Assembly: GCA_000708835.1 (NCBI GenBank)
Contig: DF237457.1
Location: 2,678 to 66,677, forward strand
DNA: 64,000 bases
Direction: 5' to 3'
DNA from: Klebsormidium nitens
Taxonomy: Eukaryota > Plantae > Klebsormidiophyceae
The translations under genes and the position numbers were made by a program. How positions within the stretch are numbered: position 1 is the first letter of the stretch; each line of letters opens with the position of its first letter. Below, one piece after another: positions 13,401 through 24,792 of the stretch. Below the pieces are notes generated by a model. That model saw only the letters and a list, made by a program, of their open reading frames with translations. It was not told where the DNA came from and did no database searches.

Positions 13401-16330
13401 GCGAGGGCAGCTACGCGGACCTGATGGCGAAGCGCGGCCGCCGCAGCACTCCCGCGCAGCTCAGCAGCGCGCTCCGATCCGTCCCCCCGGTGCCGCGGCC
13501 CAATCTGTGTCTGACACCTGGCACCACTCCGTCCACCGCTCCCCGAGCAGAGTCACCCTTACGCAATCCCGCCAAGGAAACGTCAGCAACGGGGGTGGAG
13601 TCCGGCGGGTTCTCCTTCGCCGTTACTCCGTGCGAGGACAGCCGGAGCCCCACCCTGTTCAAAGCCCCGGGGGCCAGCAGGCCTGCGGAGGGATCCCCCG
13701 CCTCGACCCCTGTCGCCAATCCCCGGACGCATCCCCATCCTAGTTATGCCCCGAGCTCGCAATCGGGAAAGACCGCCAAACGAATCGGCGCAACCGAAGC
13801 GGCCAGGATTGCCCGCTTGCAAAAGTTCGTGGACCGGGTGATGTTGCGCAGCGAGGAACAGGAACTAGGGGAGGCGGGAGATTTGGGCGCGGGGCCAGAA
13901 GAGAAGGACGGAGAGGAAGAGGAGGCGGTGACTCTGACCACGATCCATCAGGTTGGTTAAAACTGGCTATTTTTCGGCGCTTCGGGGAAATGCTCTTCGA
14001 GAACTTTTCGAAACCTTTGGCAAGCGTGTTGAGCATTCATTTTCTGGTTTTCTTTAATTTTGTTGACGTGTTTTGAAGGTGTGTGCTGTAAAATTTCGAG
14101 GATGCTTAGAGAGAGCATCGATAGCAGTCTTAAATCAGAACTGCCCTTCGATATCGCGCTTTTTTCTTGACTCACAGACCTGCAAGGGAGCCGCCGATCT
14201 AACCATCCGGACGATCGCCCTTGCTTCTACCAGCTCCATTTTTGCAATTTAATCGCGAGTGCCGCAAGCTTTGGCGTGGGCTTCTACTGTAATCACGTTA
14301 TGTTTCTCTCCCTCTTTTCTTCGGTCCCCTGGATCAAAATCCTCTGCACATTCTAGAAGACCTCCCCCCGCGAATCATGCCTGCAGCCGTTCCTGGACTC
14401 CCTCCCATTTTCTTCGAGCAGGCCAAAGGCCTTGAATGGACCGCCGTGATCTTGGTCCGTGCCATCGAGGGCGTCCTACCGCTCTCCGACCATTCGTACA
14501 CGTCCGCACGGGAGACTCGGACGGTGGTCGTCAGAGATCAAGGGCACATGCCGCCAAGTGCGAGTAACGCTCAGTTGGGCGATGGGCCGAGCGTTACGGC
14601 GGCCGACACCGTGGACAACGTTGCGGCGCTGGGGGCAGTCCGGAGGGAGGGGGGCGACGACGAGCCTGAAGCGTTGGAAGAAGAGGTGAGGCTTGATGAG
14701 GATCGTTTGAGATTTTATGACAGGTGGACACATTGTCAACGTTATTGTTTTGAGAACTCGCGCCCTGGCCTCTCTTCAAAAGTACCTGGAAACTTCGCTT
14801 CATCCTCAACACAAGAGCCTGGCAGTATAAAGGATCCTGATCATGTTTCTGCAAGGTTGAGTCCGCGTTCAAAAGGATGTGGTGACATAAGATGGGTCAC
14901 GACGTCAGCACGTCAGCAGTGAATATGATGGCACCCTTTCCGTTGTCCAGGAGTTGTCTGTCTTGCTACTTTGAAAGAGAATGTGAGGTTTCTTACTACA
15001 ATGCTTCTCGCTCCTCCTTGCAGCGGCGGCTTCTGTACGTCGCTCTCACGCGAGCCAAACGATTCTTCATGGTGAGAAGTCAGTCTCGCATGCGGGCATA
15101 TGTGGAGTGTGACGTGTCGCTAGTGCTGATGCGTACCCGTGGACCCCAGAAGTTGGAAGCCGAGACGCCTTTGCTTCCTGATATGTTTGCGCACGAAGTA
15201 AGGAAAGGAAACGTTGAAATGCGCAGGGAGTTGAGCGTACTGCTAATGGCTTCTTTTGCACACGGCTCGGTCAGCTTACCTTACGCCTCGCGAGGGGACT
15301 GGTCGTCCTGGTCACTTCGGTCGAGCCTCCTGCTGTGCGATCCTCCTCAATCACGAGGCGCCAAGTCTTCTCGGGTCTTCTTTGCAGCAAGTTTTATACC
15401 TAAGCAGAAAGCTTGTACCTCAGCAAAAAAGCTTGTGCCTAAGCAGAACAAATTGTGCCTAAGCAGAATGGCTATCTCAGCGGATGCGAGTGTGCGGAAG
15501 CCGGCTTTTTGCGCAGGTGACTCACGTGATGTCCGATGGCGGCCAGCAGCGGAGTCCCTCGCGCTTCCTGCAGGACATTCCCAGAGGTGAGGTACAGGAG
15601 CTTAGGATGCTTGGGAACACTTCAACGTTCGAATCAGCTTTTGGTCTCAGGCGCGCGATGGGGCAGAGCCGTGCATTCGGACCCTTATCAACAGGACAAC
15701 GTTACAGTGGCATGCTATCCACCGAGGGCCTGTTCACTGAAAATTGCGGGTTCCGAAAGGGCTGCAATTGCTCCCCTTGTGGCGAGATTGACAAGATCAA
15801 CTTAGTGCGGGATGCCCGGCAGCTCCTCTTCCAGATAAGTCTTCTGACGCAACAGGTCCGTCCGCAAATTGCCTACGCACCCGTTGACGACTGCATATTC
15901 TACAGGCCTGACGAGAAGAACACAGCGCTACGATGTTGGGCCACCCCCCCAGGCGCTTACCCCAAGTCAGTCGCAGGCTGCGGGGCCCAGCCAAATGGGC
16001 CCCGGTCGACCATCACCGGGCACGTCGAAGCGTGGCGGAAGCTCGCTCGCGAAGACGGGACGGGCTGAGAAGTCGAGGGGCAGGAAAGGGGGCGATCAAG
16101 GTGGCGTCAAAAAAGGCCGGGGGCGGAAAGAAGGGGAAGACAAGGAGAACGCCGGGGAGGGGAAGAAGCGGAACGGGAGGAAACGGAACGCGAAGAAGGT
16201 GGTTGACGAGGAAGTGACCGCTGATTGTGATGTTGGCACGTCGGATGCTGAGAAGGATGCTGAGATTGACGAGCCGCTAGCGAGGCGAAGGCAGGTGAAG
16301 CGACGGCCTTTGCGAGTGGTCGAGGACTGA
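7459..16330 (+). CDS. SRS2: UvrD/PcrA-family SF1A DNA helicase, plant SRS2-like
   Basis: 15 exons: 7459-7578, 8008-8061, 8293-8325, 8490-8690, 8957-9043, 9354-9468, 9863-9986, 10461-10534, 10984-11186, 11567-12890, 13362(or 13386)-13951, 14422-14685, 15024-15071, 15517-15586, 15906-16330. Motifs occur in order: LSEAQ, AAAGSGKT, LAVTFT, GTFHSF, VDEFQD, VVGDDDQQIY, EQNFRC, TLTTIHQAKGLEW, EEERRLLYVALTRAK, PSRFLQDIP. Confidence 0.9.
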
Positions 16331-17124
16331 TTGCAGGGGTGAAGATGCGAAGGAGGACTGCCCGATAAGCAGTGAAGTAGCCTATAGCTTCCCAAACAAC
16401 TCTTCTTTTTCCAGCTAGACTTACGATAGGACCTAATATTACGTGATTGGTGATTTCCTGCGCGATCGCTCGCCTGTTACAGTCGGATCGAGCTTGATTT
16501 TTTGTTGAGGAGGCGAACTCGCGTTTCAACCGCTGAATACACGGAATCAAGAAGGTGCAATATAGGGAATAGTTGAACATTTGAAAGATATGTAACGCAG
16601 GCATGCGGCCTACTACAGATTCACAAATGCTGTGACTTTCCATGCAAGTCCGATTCACGTACGGACCATTTCCATCTGCTCCCTTTGCTTTATCAAAATA
16701 TGCTATCTGCCAGCGTTGGCGAAGGGCCTGGTCGTTACGCGTTCGGAGTCGTTCGTACAACGATGCCGCATGGGCGCAGATCAAGCTTGATCTACGCCCA
16801 CAGAGCGCCGGCGTCTAGTAGCTTGGCCGCCGCGCCGTACTACCTAACTTCACGGCTTGCATCATTCAGCTGATGGATCATAAGCCGCTCTGAACTGTCT
16901 ACACGACAGTGCACTTGCATGTGGGGCCGGGCCGCCGATCTTCCAGTCGTGTACCGGCGCGCTTGAAAAATAAGTTGATCACAGACTCCGGCCGGCTAAT
17001 GAAGCTCGGCGCTACGTATTACTTAGCTATTTTCAAAGCTGGGCTCAACCGCGGGCAACCGCGGGCATGCTTCGATGCATCGCAAGCCTTGCCTTTGCTT
17101 CGGCCAGCGGGGGGGCCATGACGC

Positions 17125-17289
17125 GACACTTTAGGAATAGTACTAAAAGCTCAAACCAACCTATCCTAACCTATAGAAACTACCCACCTGCTCCGCACCC
17201 ATACCCACCCTAACCCCCAAACTAAGCCTACCCGTACGTCCCTGGCTGGTGAGCTTTCGATTCCTAATACCTACTGTTCCTGAAGTGTC
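17125..17289. mobile_element. Putative non-autonomous TIR element (MITE-like) with a telomere-like CCTAA core
   Basis: 18-bp inverted termini GACACTTTAGGAATAGTA / GACACTTCAGGAACAGTA (16/18). The 7-bp flanks ATGACGC and ATGACTC match at 6/7. The interior has degenerate CCTAAC/CCCTAACCC units. Confidence 0.55.
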
Positions 17290-17665
17290 ATGACTCGGGA
17301 AGGCCTTTCTCCTGCCACACACGTTTAGCCTGCCTACTGTCACCGGCAGTCACCTCAACGAGAATCCATCGTGCTCGGAATCCAACGTGGCAGCCGCTGA
17401 TCGAGCGGCCAGGTCACCACAACGCGGCCGCGGTGTCGCCTGAATAAAGACGCGGATCGGATCATGATGCTGGTACACAACACTTCGGCCTGTTGGCCGT
17501 TTGATCGATCATCGAACGGCTGGGGAGCACATTTCAGCCATTACGTTCTGGCATGGCTGCTTCATAGCTGACATAAGTTTAGGTGAGAGCTTAAGTGACC
17601 CAAGCTAAGTTGAAGGCGAGATCGCGCCCATACCTTGCAACCTTGGGCAGAAGCATTCGGCACCA

Positions 17666-19756
17666 ATGGCGGCGGAAGCACTTGACAGTCCCTCGCAGCA
17701 GGCTACTAGCATTCAAGATCTCCCAGCAGAGTGCCTGGGCCTTATCTTCAAAGGCTTAAAGGCGAAGGACAGGCACGCCTGCTCTGAAGTGAGTGCATCT
17801 CCTTCACCACCAACAACCGAACAGTTCTTTTATCCCCAACTTGTTCTTGGAGCTTCATCAGATCTGTGTAACATACCATGCAGAAGAGAGACTTCGGCCT
17901 CAGCAATAAGCACGATTCTTAATACAACGGCCTTCGACAGCAAAATCTGGAAACAACGAGACAGTCTGTAACAAATCACAATATTCTGAATCCTGGCTTC
18001 CATAATTCTAAGAGCGTTTGTTCACCTCGAGGAACCGTGGTGCATTCTACCCCTCCCTGTCAAGTCGGCAGTATCTCTTTCTAATTGCAGGTGTCTCGCG
18101 CTTGGAAGCTGCTGGATGAAGAGACGCGCGAGGATCTGTACATCGGCCTGATGTTCAAGCGTGGGCGCAAGCCAATCTCCACACCTGCGGCCCTTGCACT
18201 GGTCCTCCAAAGGTTCAAAAACCTGCAAAGACATACGCTGGTAGACATGGAGCTGTCTCCGCAGCTTTTGCATGTAAGTGCCTTCTGCTGTCCTTCTGAC
18301 TCCGTACTTCAAATTTGAGCTCTGAAGACTACCAAACATTCATGGATTGCTCAGTAAGGTTGCGTGACTGAATGGCAGCTACTAATCAGATTCTCTGATT
18401 AATAGAAGGCGGTTAGATCGTCACCTTAAAATGAAGTCAGGACGACATCTATCGTGACTTCTTGAAAGCTGTGAAATGATTCCGTAAGGTTTTCCGCCAA
18501 AGCAGCCTCTGAAACTGTATTGAGAGAAACCTGGCTTTGTCTCATTACAGGTACTCAATTCCGCCTGCAAGAACATCTCAGCGCTGAATATGCAAAGCTG
18601 ATAGCCTCAACATCGCAAAACTGCACCTGCCGAACTTGAGCATTCTTCACTTGACGAAGTAAGAGCCAGTAGGAGAAATGATTTCAAAAAGGAGCCTCCA
18701 TTCTGTGCATAAAAAGTAACGGAGTTCGTCGGCCTATTCTTGATGTCAAAAGATACTCAACGCTTGCCATGATGATGGTAGTCAAGAGGAGCGCTAACGT
18801 AAAGATGATTCCCGATCTGTTCGGAAAAAGTGACCTTTCCGGCGAAGAAAAGATGGATCTGCTAAAGCCGTTCTACGTAATTTGTATAGGGTATCCTCGA
18901 CTGGGAGCTGCACCTTGTAGTGACTCAACCTGTCCTTTGTCGATGCCTTTGATGCGATGTACTCAGTGCTGAGAGCTGACCCTCCCTCAACATCTCCCGC
19001 AGGCTGCCGGAACTGTCTGATGCTGGCTTTCTCAACCTCGCTCAAAGCTCCAGCGCCCTGAAGGAGCTGTATCTCGAAGAGGAGTCAGTGTTCCTCCTGA
19101 CTGACGCCAGCATGGCTGGCTTGAGGGCTTTGTGTCCCGCCCTCGAAAGGCTGACTCTAAACCGTGTTCAAGGAGTTTCAGGACACGGAATCGGACACGG
19201 GTGTCCGACCTTGACACAACTCCGCTGCTTTGCTGCAACAATCGATGCCGTCGGCTTGCAAGCCGTGTGCAAGGGGTGTCCCAAACTCAGGGAACTGAGC
19301 CTGGACACGTCAGCTTTAGAGCAATCGTCAGATTTTGAAGCAATCAGATTCTGTCAGTCGCTTCGAGATCTTGAGATCCTTAGACGTACTCCTGCATTGC
19401 GCGATGCCGCTGTGACCACCATACTCAACAAGTGCAAGGAGCTGCGGACGCTTCGTGTGGGGAATTGGATCTCGGACGGTCCGGCAACCCCACCCTTTGT
19501 TGGCAACGGAAACCTGACCTTTTTGGACCTCGGTTGTTCCTCTGGACTGAACGCTGAGCAGCTCCACAACTTCGTCACGAAGCTGTTTCCTTCGCTACAT
19601 TGCTTGATAATCTTTCGTGTCACAGGATTAGATTGGACATTTGAGAATATCAGAGACCAATTGCAGCAAAGGAGCCGACAGTTGGAAGTCCCTAGGTGTT
19701 TCTATGAATTAAGCAGGTGCATCCGCAAGTCAAACTGGCAAGTGTTCGTGACGTGA
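17666..19756 (+). pseudogene. F-box/LRR protein, copy 1, frameshifted in exon 3 (probable pseudogene or null allele)
   Basis: Exons 17666-17788, 18091-18273, 18551-18658, 19003-19756. F-box-like SIQDLPAECLGLIF and LRR repeats (CPALERLTL, CPTLTQLRC, CPKLRELSL). Exon 3 is 108 nt versus 116 nt in the paralog, giving TGA at 18599-18601. Confidence 0.75.
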
Positions 19757-20074
19757 AGGCGAGAAAGTATGAGGAACTTTCTTGATTGTAAGTGCACTCT
19801 GAAGGGATTGGGGCGTGCTAAGATAGTTCATAAGCTTCACTTGCAGGCCAGTCCCGGGATATATAGCTTTTCGAATCAAATCGAATAGCAGCATAGGGAG
19901 CGACTGCAATAATTCGAGTTATGTTTTAAGTGAGATCGTGTGATATAGCTGACAATCACATTCATGCAATCTGATATCCGTCAAGGCCGCGTTGACGCAA
20001 GCTGGACCGGCCGCCGCTGTGATCCTATAAATGGCGTCTACTCACAGCGCCACTGGCCATGATGTCGGAGGGCC

Positions 20075-20122
20075 AGGCAACCGAAAGTGTGCTCAAGTAG
20101 GCAACCGAAAGTGTGCCCAAGT
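20075..20122 (+). repeat. Tandem duplication, 2 x 24 bp with one mismatch
   Basis: AGGCAACCGAAAGTGTGCTCAAGT followed directly by AGGCAACCGAAAGTGTGCCCAAGT. Confidence 0.95.
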
Positions 20123-20256
20123 TGATTGCGGCTTGGTCCGTCGGAGTCAGATTGCTGCAGATGTGAGTGCGTGCGAGTGCAATGCCAGGGTTCATTAATG
20201 AATTCGTTCTACTGCCAAGTTGGCAGCTAGTGTACGTTGGCCGGTCGGGGCTCTAT

Positions 20257-20301
20257 ATTGATTGATTGATTTATTTATTTATGGTCCCTACGGGGCCATA
20301 A
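20257..20301 (-). mobile_element. Possible 3' end of a non-LTR retrotransposon (stem-loop plus simple-repeat tail)
   Basis: The plus strand has (ATTG)3(ATTT)3 at 20257-20280, overlapping a 10-bp hairpin TTATGGTCCC-TAC-GGGGCCATAA at 20279-20301. On the minus strand this reads as a stem-loop followed by an (AAAT)n(CAAT)n tail. Confidence 0.4.
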
Positions 20302-21371
20302 CAGGTGCAGCATATGTATCAGGTGCAGCAGATCGTGTGCAAGTGACGAGCAGCGATATGAATGGCAGAACCGGAAGCACTTCATCATCATAGCATCTTT
20401 ATCTAGCTAGCAGCGTTAACGCTTAAGTTCATGCAGGGCTTGCAATGTAGTCACATGAGGGTTTGATGGACTCCGCAGGGGGACCCAGCACCTTTTCAAA
20501 GTACTTCAATACTGATTTTGCAATTATGCAGCAGGCTCTCCTTAAAAGATTCGTAAAAGATAGTGGTTGAACTGAGACGACAGGTGGCCGAGCGCGCACA
20601 AATGCGCAGCTCTACATCTGCAATGGACTTATGCAGTGCATGCCTAGTTTGCAACGGCCGCCGTGCATGGTGCATATTACGTGCTCAAGTGTCCGGTCCG
20701 CCATCATTGATCGCCTTGGAGATGGTCACTGGTATGACGCGCGGTTGGGGTCTTGGGCCGGCCGGCGGGCCGGCCAGCTAGTATTTCGTGCAACGTACAG
20801 CAGCTGTCCATGCTAGATACAGACTACGTACACGGACTACATCGTCAACCAATTGACAATGAATTAAGGCTTCACGTTCCAATCGATCTTTGAATGCTGG
20901 ACATATGCGCGCGCTGCGACTTTTAATTGCAATTTGGCACTGGGACTCACGTGCAAGAATTCCAAACTTCGTTATATGCACATCCGAGGATCATTTGCAG
21001 GGCCGAACGTTTAAATTTTGGGCCACTTGTTGTATGCGTGAGCCCTTTTCTCAATCCGGGCTTACCGAGTATAGGTACACACCAGTCTCTCATTTCACTC
21101 ATGCAAGTTCTGTTCAATTGCTTTTCTGCGGTCCCAGCTGACTTGAAGATGCCAGGCCTGAGCTACAAATGTCCTGAGCTTCAAAAGTATGTACACAAAT
21201 GCTTATCCAGCTGCCACACTGGCACACTTTCATTTGCTATAAATAGATCATCAAAACATGATCAGCTACTCTCAACTCTCTCTGCAACACAACTCGCTGT
21301 ACAAAGTTTCTGTCAATCCCTAGCTCTACTTTTGTTCTGTGCAGTCAATTGTACAATGGATGTCGACACTC

Positions 21372-24300
21372 CTACACCCACAATCTGGTAAGAGGGTGCG
21401 GCGGTTTCTCCTCGATGGCCCACTCTGTCACAAGAGGCCAGCCTCGGAGCTCTGCAATCTGGCGCAGCCGCTTGTCCGGCAGCACCGCGTGGGGATGCCC
21501 AACCTGCACCGTGAAAGCGGGGACGTTGGGCGCGCACACTCTTCCATCTTCATTAAAGCGACGACTGTCTGACAGATACTTTCCGAAAGAAGTTGGCGTC
21601 CGCCCTTTTGCACTTGAGCATGACGCAACGGTGCCCTAACGTTATCCTGGGATCCTGCTCCTTCGAAGATTTGCTGTTTCTCGTGAAAGCAGTTTGCCTG
21701 CTCGATTTCTTTCGAATAGATTTAGACTTGTGCTCACACTCAAGATCCAGTGAGCGCCCAAGCTTGCACAGCCGACTGTGTGATCGCTTGCCTCTGACTT
21801 CCCTTCTCAGCCGTTCAAATCAACAGGTTGGACAACTTTCCGTGTGAGCAGATTCGTCCAGAACTGACCGCCCGAAAAGGAGATGGCTGATGCAAGGACT
21901 GGGGGGATATAAGAAACCACGAACGCAGCCACAGCTAGTCAAGCGTTCTTTTCTTACAGAGTAAAGAACGGCGACCATCAAGCCGAAGGCCGGACTAAGC
22001 GCAGTCCCAGTCAATTAACATCTTCGAAAACCTCTCGAACGCTCAGGATTGATTGACATGTCCAAATGAGATACTTGCACCACGCACACGCCTGAAGGAT
22101 ATCAAAAAGTCGAACTCGAGCTGTTGTCGTGCTGGTAAAGCTTGCCAGCGCCGACAGAGCCGACCAATCTGGAAGCCCGGGACCTATCTTTTACCGCTTA
22201 CACCTTCCAGCATGCCCAAGATGCAAAGCGCCAACAATCCGAGAATGTGAGACAGCGGCGCGTTCGCAGCTGACTCTCGGCTCACTGAGAGTGGGCATTC
22301 TCAGACCGGCGAAGCACAGCACCAGTCACAAGAAACATCCCGAAGGGAATCGACACCAAAATCTAGCAGCTCACGCTTTCCAGCATGCCCAGGTCCGCGA
22401 TGCTGTCCCCGTAGGCGTGGCTCCTCCGGAGGTCGATCCCGTGCTGCACGGCATACTCCTTCACAATCACTGCCTTGTCATCTCCGTTGAACGCGGCGCC
22501 CGCCATCTCGCCCGTGAACCTGGGGCAAGAAGTGATGACGTCAGCGACCGAGCTCGCTCGTTTTTTAAGTGGTGTTCTTGGACTCAACCCTGAGATTCGA
22601 TTCAGCTGCATAGTATGTTGCTGACAGGGCTGAGGACGTCAGCGAGCCATCTTGCTCGGCCTTATTGCCGAGCAGAAGGACGTCAAAGTGACAGCGTAAT
22701 GCAGCTGCACGCCGTTTTGAGTGGCACGTGGCCACCGATCGGATGGGCGATCAGTGCAGCGGTTGCTATCGACTTTACAAGACATCGAGGACCGAATGGC
22801 AGCGGAGTAGACGAACCTGAAATGCATTATCCGCTCGGAAGTAGCAGTGGACGTTCGGACGTGCGAAGGTCAGGTGAAAGGCCCATGAAACGTAAGATCG
22901 GAAGAGGCCGATTGTGTGATCGGATGACCAGATGCAATCTGGCAGAACCATCAAAACGGCTTGCATCTAAGCTTCTGTAAACACAGCCTCCAAGCGGCGA
23001 GCCACCGAGAAGTCCCTTACATTGAAAGGAGGAGCTGCATTGGTGCGTAAAAGTCGGACCGGATGTGCTTCTCACCTGCCGTCCCTCTCGACCAGGTCTG
23101 CCGCAATGACGTCATCTGCAAAGTCGATCAACAGGGATACGATCGGCTATGCCGAGATTTCTTCTCAGAGTCTCTCTCCTAATGCAGTGTTGATTGATAT
23201 CTAAGAAGTCCAATGGCGTTGCAGCCAGGGTTGGAAAAGCGGTTCGCAGCATTCCTCATAGAGTTGAAAGTGAAATAATCTGTCCTTGTTCATCACCATT
23301 TCACCTCTGCTCAGTGACCGACTTGTAGCTTTGCCTGGGTTGCTTACTTTCTGCCTTCCTGTCTCTAACGTTTATCAATCTGGTTTTTTGAGTGTTCCTA
23401 CGGGCTTAGTTTTCATGTCCCATGTGCGGTTTACGACTTTAAGTGGGCCGAAAGACTTGACGGACTTTGCTCAGCAATGACGATAAGACCAGATTCTCGA
23501 TGATCACGGTTTTCAATTGGATATCAGGTTCTCCCAACGGACTCATTGCCAATGAAAAGCACGCCCTATGCCCAGTTGAAGCAACGTAGCTTCGGGACTT
23601 GCCTGCGTCGATCTCTGCCGCGAGCGGCGCAATCATGAAACTGAGCGAGCCCGTGACCAGCACCACCCGGAAGCCTGCCGCTTTCAGGTCGCGGATGCGC
23701 TGGATTGCGCCCTGGAACACTCTGCACCCAAAGTAGGAAGAGTTTGAGAAAATCATAAAAATAAAAGTAGGGCACCGGAACACAAACATGAAGACATGGG
23801 CCTGAAACCTTCCGGCTTTACTCTCCTCAACCACATCTCAGGGACAAAACTCTGACTACCATCATTTCTACCGAAACGAGAGGGAACTCTGCTACTTCTG
23901 TGGAAGAATACCCCAGAGCTTTTTTGCGAGTAGGAGGACCCTATATGAACTGGGCCATGCTCCAATAGTAGCAGACAAAGTAGACGAGGGGACCAAACTA
24001 CACCATCCTCACCCTCTGAAACTCTGATTGTTCGCCCAATAGTTTCAATGTCCACTTCAAAAGGGGTCCGTTATTTTCCTCAGGATCTCAATTGGTGCAC
24101 AAATAGCAGTTTATCAACTCCTCCATCAGTGGCTGTGTGAATGTCAAAGCTGAGCGGCAGAGACACGAATATCACCTTGGTCTCATGTACTCCTCGTATG
24201 CGAACTTGCCCCACTCGCACGCGGCCGCCGCGGGCCTGCCGCGATAATTGAAGTAGAAGAAGCGGCAGAGCAGTCCTCTGTCGATCTTGTCAGCCAGCCG

Positions 24301-24792
24301 GTACAGGACTGAGAGCGTTGTGAAGTACGGCACCCAAAACACGCGCGCCAGCATGGATAGTTCTCGCAGGCGCAAGTACACATAGGGCCACACGATGTTG
24401 GTTTTGGCAATCGTGCCGTCAACATCAAAGAAGGCGGCCTTTGCTGTGGGAGCTTCACGTCGGGGAGTTACGGAAGCCCCCTGTTCTGCCCGGATTGGTG
24501 CGCTGCGATTTGTCGCTCGCTTCTTCTGACTGGATAACCTAGTACTTAGGCGCCGGGCTAGGTGTGGTTTTTGTGAAGAGGGGAGGGAGGAGCTGCTTGA
24601 ACCGGCAGGAAGCAAGGCCCGTTGATTGGTTGGCCAATGATATGCAAGCGAAGGTGAAACCTTGGATAGGGGCAACAAGCGCGGGCCAGATCTGAGGACC
24701 TTACTCTTTACTACGCCTTTGGTGAGAGTAGTTCCAATGGGGCCATGGCTGAGGCTGCCCCATGTACTGGATTGAAACGTCAGCGACTCCAT
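21372..24792 (-). CDS. HAD-superfamily subfamily IB hydrolase (SerB-like, TIGR01490 type) with an N-terminal transit-peptide-like extension
   Basis: Exons 24792-24176, 23721-23603 (GC donor), 23115-23076, 22519-22375, 21503-21372. Motif I FFDVDGT, motif II VLVTGS, motif III K (GDDKA), motif IV AYGDSIADLGMLESVGHP. Confidence 0.88.

Noticed and set aside
18599-18604. In-frame TGA in F-box copy 1 as selenocysteine or readthrough
   Set aside because: It is followed immediately by TAG, and homology continues in a different frame, which fits an 8-nt deletion.
20075-20122. 24-bp direct repeat as a CRISPR array
   Set aside because: Only two abutting copies with no spacer, in a eukaryotic context with no cas genes.
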